Virus record (IMG/VR): IMGVR_UViG_2524614847_000004 | Coordinates: 1 to 64,000 of that record | DNA length: 64,000 bases | Origin: a virus | Lineage: Duplodnaviria > Caudoviricetes | Reading direction: 5' to 3' (one strand) | Part shown: positions 58,169-64,000 of the stretch, piece by piece | How the letters are laid out: every line of letters begins with the position of its first letter | Position numbering within the stretch: position 1 is the stretch's first letter | The notes under the pieces: model-generated | Told to the model about the DNA's origin: nothing | Database searches by the model: none | What the model saw: the letters and a program-made list of their open reading frames with translations, nothing else | Translations under genes and position numbers: made by a program

Positions 58169-59080
58169 TTAAACTTTTGCTTCTTCTTCAATTTTCAAAT
58201 CATGAAACATTTCGCTAGGTTCCAACTCGTAATACTCGCATAAGGCCGAAAATGCTTTAATAACGCATTGCCATTCTTTTTCATTTACGTGTTGTATCCA
58301 TGGTTGCTTTCCTCTGCTCTGTAAATCAATATGGAAACCATTCTTTAGCTGCTTGTACAACTCGCTCCATGCTTTACCTACTGTGATATGGGCATATGCT
58401 GCCATCTTACGGACTGCAAAGTTAATGCGTCCCCTATCGTCCCATTTAAGAATACCGTTTGCAAGTGCTTTCTTTGATTCTTCCAGTTTCGCTATGTGCC
58501 GATTTTTAAAGTCCATCATCTTAGTGGTTGCTATCATGATTGCCGTAGGGTCACCGCTTGCATAAGCCATACCAACAGATAAGGCAAGGGATTGTTCCTC
58601 TGTTATATCCATTGTTTTTACTTCGTTTGAAGTCTTTTCTTCTATATTGAGTAGTTGTGTGCGGATCTCCTTTGCTATCTCTGAATCTCTAAGTAGCATT
58701 CCGATTCTTAATATTGCCCGGCGAGATAAAAGCGTATTACCTCTATTGCTGAAACGCATACCATTTGCTTCGAAACCACCGCGAAAATTAGAAGGTTGCA
58801 AGTTGCAACTTTCTAAAAATCCCTTAGTTTCTTTACCTGTCATCGGTGATATTCCGTCTTCTTCTAGTTCGTCACGACTACGGTATAATATTGCTTTTAT
58901 GGCTTCTTCTCCTACCTCGTAAAAATCCGCTACTTGTTTAACTGTTGCTAATTCAGTGCCAGGAATAAGAAGTAACTTTTTGACCTTATCCAAAATTTCC
59001 ACTTTAGCAACTAATTTTTCCCGTAATTCCTTGCTTTCTAATAATTCATTTTCCTTCATATGTTTATTTCCTTTCTGCAA
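58169..59080 (-). CDS. phage antirepressor-like DNA-binding protein
   Basis: ATVKQVADFYEV...DELEEDG...LLSRRAILRIGMLLRDSEIAKEIR resembles antirepressor N-terminal domains. Confidence 0.6.
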   Translation of the reverse strand: MQKGNKHMKENELLESKELREKLVAKVEILDKVKKLLLIPGTELATVKQVADFYEVGEEAIKAILYRSRDELEEDGISPMTGKETKGFLESCNLQPSNFRGGFEANGMRFSNRGNTLLSRRAILRIGMLLRDSEIAKEIRTQLLNIEEKTSNEVKTMDITEEQSLALSVGMAYASGDPTAIMIATTKMMDFKNRHIAKLEESKKALANGILKWDDRGRINFAVRKMAAYAHITVGKAWSELYKQLKNGFHIDLQSRGKQPWIQHVNEKEWQCVIKAFSALCEYYELEPSEMFHDLKIEEEAKV

Positions 59081-59437
59081 TATTACTCACTTTAGTAAGT
59101 ACTTATACAGGCGATACAATGTAAGAATATACATATAATCATCTGCATAATAGATACTAAATTTAATTTTCGTCAAACTCTTCGTAGTCGCTAAACACGT
59201 TTTGGAGTCTCTTTTTATGCAACTTTGTAATATCCTTTATAATCTTGTCCCTTTTATCGAAAAAAGTTGTTTCAAAAAGTTCATTAGTAATTGCTATGAT
59301 CTGTGCAGCCTTTAAGATTGTTAAAACATCTTTTTCAGCCTCTAGCCCTCTAAAATTCAAAAGTTCCTTTGCTTCTAATACCATATCATTAACTAATTCA
59401 TACATTTCAGTTCCTCCTGTTTTTTATCAGATACTAA

Positions 59438-60358
59438 CGCACACAAAAGCCAATGATTTCAAAATAAGAAAAGCCAATCAATGAAAGATTGTCTAGCAGA
59501 GCCTCCCGTGATGGGTAGTTGTCAAGAGCTTCCAATAATCAACTTGATTTCATACGTTCTGAATATATTTGACTACACGCAATCAGTAATAAGGATTGAG
59601 GAGTATACAATCCAAGAACCGATATATAGTGCCTAGTTTACGTGCGTGGTGTAACTGATAAAACCTATAACAAAATAGCCATATCAACGATATTTCAGGG
59701 CTTGTCATTGTGATGCCTGAATGATGTTTTAATGGCTACAAATAAATCTTAATTGCGTTATTCCGTACTAATTTGAATTACCTATAACAAATAGGATTTT
59801 GCTTTCCGTTCTCTTTGGTTGCCTACTGCTTCATAGGCTCGTTGTTCCGTCCTCTGCTTGTCCAGTCTCTTTATCTGGAAGTAATATAATTAAGTGGTGT
59901 ATGCTCCCTTATGATTCCTCTGTGGGGTTATTCGCTTTATTCGCTCCCGTCAATGACCACCTTCTCACAGGTCTGCTTGTTTCTCCCATGTGACATCATT
60001 CACTAGTTAGCTAGGGTAGAAACCGTATAGTTAGGGTACACCTATTGCGCAGTTTCATATTTTTCAGGAATTATTTATCTGTCCTCATATCCCTTTGCCC
60101 TCATGCAACTATTGTCAAGGTAACAATTTCGGATAAAAGTATTTTCTCCTTAATTGATTCACCTATAACATGGTTACACTACTCCAATTGCTCCAGATAA
60201 AACCGTTATTACATATGTGCGTTGTCAGGGTTCGCTATAGCCTTACGGCCTGTCCATCACATGCTCCGTGGACGTTTCAGTCTCTGTTGCGTGATCCGTT
60301 CATTTTGTGGCCAGTTCCACGACTGGAAAAGATATTACTTAAAGGAAATTTGTGTGCG
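59438..60358 (-). ncRNA. large (~920 nt) structured non-coding RNA candidate
   Basis: No minus-strand ORF of 60 aa or more; higher GC; terminal 10-bp inverted repeat; many internal stems; consensus promoter upstream. Confidence 0.7.
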
Positions 60359-60489
60359 ATTGCACTTGAAAAGCGAATAAAAATGTATTAGAATGATTAT
60401 ACGCTTGTATATCAAGTTGTGTGAAAAGGTGGTCTGATACTTTGGTCGGTGTCTGTGACCGCCTTTTCTATTTCCTTTTGATAATACAA

Positions 60490-60518
60490 GTATATCATGA
60501 TTTTAAATCAATGTCAAC
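60490..60518 (-). promoter_or_regulatory. sigmaA promoter upstream of the large RNA
   Basis: TTGACA-17nt-TATACT. Confidence 0.8.
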
Positions 60519-60524
60519 TGTTTT

Positions 60525-60824
60525 CTAAAGATTTTCTCTATTTTTTAGTTGTTTTTCTTTTTGCAATATAGCATAATCATCATAGGTCATATCATTGTAC
60601 TGCAATATATCTCCTGGCTGACATTTCATTACTCTACAAATAGAATCGATAGTTTTTAGTGTTACCGACTCTTGCTTAGATATTTTTGTCATAGTCGCCG
60701 AAGATAAACCAGCGGCATTTTTAAGCTGTTCCCTTGTCATTCCTTGTCGGTTGAGCATATCAAGTAATTTATAGTATGTTATCATTTTAACACCTCCTGT
60801 CATTTCAGTAACATTGTACCACAT
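60525..60824 (-). CDS. Cro/XRE-family HTH regulator
   Basis: ITYYKLLDML...LSSATMTKI...IDSICRVMKCQPGDIL; probable start is the ATG at about 60785. Confidence 0.88.
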   Translation of the reverse strand: MWYNVTEMTGGVKMITYYKLLDMLNRQGMTREQLKNAAGLSSATMTKISKQESVTLKTIDSICRVMKCQPGDILQYNDMTYDDYAILQKEKQLKNRENL

Positions 60825-61174
60825 TCATGGTAAATCCAACAGAATATATTAAATGAAAATAATTGATCTAATACATTTCTATTCACTTTTCAAGGTACAG
60901 TTTGCACGTTTGGAATTAACACTTGAATAAATCATAGAAATGTGATATGATATGAAACTAGTAATGTGATCACATTTTCAAGTGTGTTCCCAAAAGGGTC
61001 TGACTATTGCGAGTAGTCAGGCTCTTTTTGGTTATTCCGTTCATTTTGGTACAAGTGATCCACTTGTTAAACCGTCTATTTGCTTTGATGCTACAGGCCC
61101 ACCCTGATAGACTAAAAAAGAGTGTAGGCCCTTAATAATTCAATAGGCTTTACACTCTTTCATGATATATAAAT

Positions 61175-61453
61175 TTATGCAATTACATTAATTTTTTCTT
61201 TTATACGTCTAATTTCGTTTTCTAATCGGTTAACCCTAATTAGTAACATTTCCTTTTCGTTTTCAACTTTTAGCGCATCATCTAATTTTCGTGATAAATC
61301 CAGATGACCTTCAGCAATTAACGCAATATTACGATTTGTTTCATTTTCAAGCGTTAACTGGATATCGGTTATACTCGCCATTGTATTCTTGGCATCGGCT
61401 TTTATAGGTTCTAACATTTCAGCCATAGCTTGTAATATTTCATTATCGGTCAT
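61175..61453 (-). CDS. small coiled-coil hypothetical protein
   Basis: AAGGAGG RBS, own -10 and downstream terminator hairpin. Confidence 0.7.
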   Translation of the reverse strand: MTDNEILQAMAEMLEPIKADAKNTMASITDIQLTLENETNRNIALIAEGHLDLSRKLDDALKVENEKEMLLIRVNRLENEIRRIKEKINVIA

Positions 61454-61562
61454 GCATCCGTCCTCCTTTTTATATGTAAGGATTATATCATGTCCTAAGT
61501 GTAAAGTCTATTCAATTATCAAGGAACCGGGACAAGTGTCATCACTTGTATGGGATTAATTG

Positions 61563-61617
61563 TCCCGACTGGCTGCTATGCCAGTTTCGTCTTAATTCTC
61601 AAAGACTCATCAGGGGA
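61563..61617 (-). ncRNA. type I hammerhead ribozyme
   Basis: UCCC-CUGAUGA-GUCUU/AAGAC-GAAA-CUGGC/GCCAG-UC-GGGA: complete core with GUC cleavage triplet. Confidence 0.92.
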
Positions 61618-61997
61618 TTTTATTTTACAATTTCTTTTCTTATGAATTCATCAAGTTCAAAAAAATCTTGATCGTTTAATTCCAATGTCCTGTTAATTTC
61701 TCTAGTTATATCTAAAACGTTGAACTTTTCGTTGTCCAAATAATAATTTTTATATTTATAGATTTTTATAAAACTTTTAGCAAAGCTCTTTATTTCTCTT
61801 GATATCATAATGACTACCTCCTTATACCTCGTTGATGGTTAAGAGACACTTAATTGCTTTCTGTGCTTTGATAAACCGCTGTAGTGTTATAGTTGGGAAG
61901 TTATGACCGCAATTGGAATGCACTTTGCAACTATGGTAGCTATGAGTCGGTGATACTTGCAATTAATTTGTTGTTTCGTATCTCTTAACTTGATATA

Positions 61998-62085
61998 AGT
62001 ATAGCATAGGTTTAGCTATTATACAATAGGTTTAGCTATTCTTTTTACGAACTGTCATTATGCACAAATAATAGGTTTAGCTATT
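61998..62085 (-). promoter_or_regulatory. leftward early promoter overlapped by three 15-bp direct repeats
   Basis: ATAGGTTTAGCTATT at 62006, 62026 and 62071; TTGTAT-17nt-TATACT on the minus strand. Confidence 0.75.
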
Positions 62086-62172
62086 GTATATAATGTATAT
62101 TTTTCATAGCACCATTGACAAAAGTATGATATAATGATAATCTGAAATACTTTATTGATGGAGGTGTAAACC

Positions 62173-62397
62173 ATGGCATATAGCCCCAAAAGTCAAAAAG
62201 CATATAGAGAGAAAAGCATTCAATTCAGTTGTAATTATCGTCCTGGTACTGATATCATGGAAGGCCAGAGATTAAAGGCTTACCTGTCTGAGACAGGACA
62301 AAGTACCAATAGTTATCTTAAGTCATTGATTAAAGCAGACCTTGACAGCAAAGCCGTACCTTATCCTGACTGTGATACTGATATAGACAATGAGTGA
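62173..62397 (+). CDS. small ribbon-helix-helix/Arc-like DNA-binding protein
   Basis: SQKAYREK..QFSCNY...LKAYLSETGQSTNSYLKSLI pattern; GGAGGTG RBS; divergent TTGACA promoter. Confidence 0.65.
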   Translation: MAYSPKSQKAYREKSIQFSCNYRPGTDIMEGQRLKAYLSETGQSTNSYLKSLIKADLDSKAVPYPDCDTDIDNE

Positions 62398-62787
62398 TCT
62401 ATGTAAGGCTGAACTAGTACGTATGTTCTTTGTCCGTGAGTCTAATAATAGTATGTATGTTCGACTTTGTCAAGTGAGAAATATGGAATAAACTGTATAT
62501 TTTTTGGTTACTATTGGATATCGTGTCATTTATATTGATATGATATGATGGAACGTGTCGGAATATGATAGATTGATATGAATTAATTGTTGATGGGATA
62601 TGATGGTGGTTGTACTGATTGTACGTGATGTTATTTGGCTCATATACGGCTTGTAATGGTATGAATGATAAAGTGTAAGGGTAGAGGTTATAAGGCCCTA
62701 TATGAGTCTATAAATGCGTTGTATTAATAAAAGCTGAGTGATAAATGAATATCATGATATATCACAAGAAACCCTGATATAGCACAA

Positions 62788-62980
62788 TAGTATCTTTTCG
62801 ATACTAAGTATACTTTATATAGTTAATATCTTTTTTATACTTAAATCATTTATATGTCTAATTACTTTCATACGTAATATATCATAGGGCGAATTTGATA
62901 CTAAGTGTATTTCGGTATGTTAGTATATATTATATAGTCAGTATCTTTTTTATACTATTGGTCAAAAAGATACTATTGTA
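62788..62980. repeat. cluster of AGTATC-N5-(G/T)ATACT palindromic repeats
   Basis: TAGTATCTTTTCGATACTA, AATATCTTTTTTATACT, AGTATCTTTTTTATACT plus GATACT half-sites. Confidence 0.65.
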
Positions 62981-63913
62981 ACGAACCTTGCCAAACTTAC
63001 AGACATATCATATCAGACTTGACGATACCTGACTATATTAAGGCATTGTAACCACTGCCCATTTGCTTGCTATAGTGATTCACTTACCCATCTTTTCACA
63101 ATTTTATTATCTGATAATATACACCATTAAAACTACAATTCACTACAATTCATTAATCATATCAGCCCATTATACAATATGTACAAATTCAACCATTACT
63201 AACTGTGCACTATTTTCACTATCATTGCACTAAACAAGAGTTTACCGCAGAGATATATAATAGCATACATTGAACATGTAATTATGCCCTATTAGATTAA
63301 GATACATATGCCTATTCGTTGTATACTATTTCATTACCCATGACCGGGGGTGTATTTACATTTTGAGACTGTTTTCACATGTCGGAATACCACATATCAG
63401 TTCCACTCACACATCAAGTTGAAATTTCAACCTCTTTTATTGTAAAACCATCCACCTATTGTGACTACAATTAACAAAATTATCAGACACGATAAAATCA
63501 TCATAATTTCATGTCTCAACTACATTTCTATCACAATCATTATCTAATTGTCTATACAATTCCAAAAATCACACAAAATGAGTTCGATAGTGAGTTCGAA
63601 GGAACACTTATAAAATATGGCCAAATTGAATTTACAGACAATTCAAAATCAGCACTTTTCACTCTCGGAAGTCGAACAAACCCTTGTAAAATAAGGCTTA
63701 TTACGAACTCACCCACATTTTCTTAAAAATCACATCTCTGATCTCTCTCCCACCATCACTCACACACCCAACAAACCAATACAGAATAAGCATTCGTTTC
63801 CTATATAATGTAAAAAATAATCTTTTCTACCGAACTCAACATTTTCACCATGTCCAAAATGATCGTTCTTATTGTGTATCCCATGGCAGAAATTTAAGGT
63901 CCTTAAAATTTTT

Positions 63914-63962
63914 AAAAAGAATTTAAAAACCTATTGACAAGTTTAACCAAATGGTTTATGAT
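63914..63962 (+). promoter_or_regulatory. conserved phage promoter/operator (copy 4), rightward
   Basis: 27-bp exact match to 21954-21980 (reverse complement); TTGACA-17nt-TATGAT. Confidence 0.85.
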
Positions 63963-64000
63963 TCAAGCAGTCTATTAAACGGAATTTACAAACCACAAGG

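Larger units (their letters stand above)
1..64000. mobile_element. Early/replication region of a large SPbeta-like temperate phage or prophage
   Basis: Unidirectional array of small ORFs, phage-type replication module in SPbeta-like order, tyrosine recombinases, Lar, HNH and AP2 proteins; no host housekeeping operons; no structural genes in the window. Confidence 0.9.

Noticed and set aside
705-59484. Most plus-strand ORFs in the track (e.g. 705-1064, 8418-8747, 14008-14400, 16567-16923, 19992-20357)
   Set aside because: Antisense shadows of well-supported minus-strand genes, with no RBS and atypical composition
59438-60358. Group II intron
   Set aside because: No recognisable domain V/VI, no RT ORF, and it does not interrupt a gene
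59799-60391. Plus-strand ORFs 59799-59993 and 60170-60391
   Set aside because: No RBS; lie antisense within the structured RNA candidate
62006-62085. CRISPR array
   Set aside because: Repeats are only 15 bp with irregular spacing (5 and 30 nt); no cas genes
62410-62465. LexA (Cheo) boxes GTACGTATGTTC and GTATGTATGTTCG
   Set aside because: Only the GTTC half matches GAAC-N4-GTTC; too degenerate to call
63511-63726. ORF 63511-63726
   Set aside because: No RBS; lies in a compositionally biased non-coding region
1-64000. Stop-codon reassignment
   Set aside because: Long conserved genes are intact under the standard code and end in TAA, TAG and TGA; the internal stop at 32230 is an isolated case

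Overview
AT-rich segment of a large temperate phage or prophage of a Firmicutes host (probably Clostridia), organised like SPbeta-type phages. About 62 kb is transcribed almost entirely leftwards. It holds a compact replication module syntenic with SPbeta yorF-yorL (AAA ATPase, DnaB-like helicase, primase, RecJ, DnaE), plus ERCC4 nuclease, NAD-ligase, guanylate kinase and tRNA-Gln. A regulatory cluster contains two intact tyrosine recombinases, an orphan MazF and an apparently inactive MrpR/YopR-like recombinase-fold protein. Long arrays of small accessory genes fill the rest. The strongest signal not explained by gene annotation is an 18-bp imperfect palindrome (WTVAAA-N6-TTTBAW) at about 40 accessory-gene junctions. 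It often supplies the stop codon and was not seen in the core replication operon, which suggests an integron-like gene-cassette array. Other notable elements are a ~920-nt structured non-coding RNA, hammerhead and twister ribozymes, boxA-like repeats, a repeated phage promoter/operator, ATA/ATT start codons on replication genes, a type I toxin-like peptide locus and a 1.5-kb non-coding region with palindromic repeats. All calls come from reading the sequence by eye; no searches were run.
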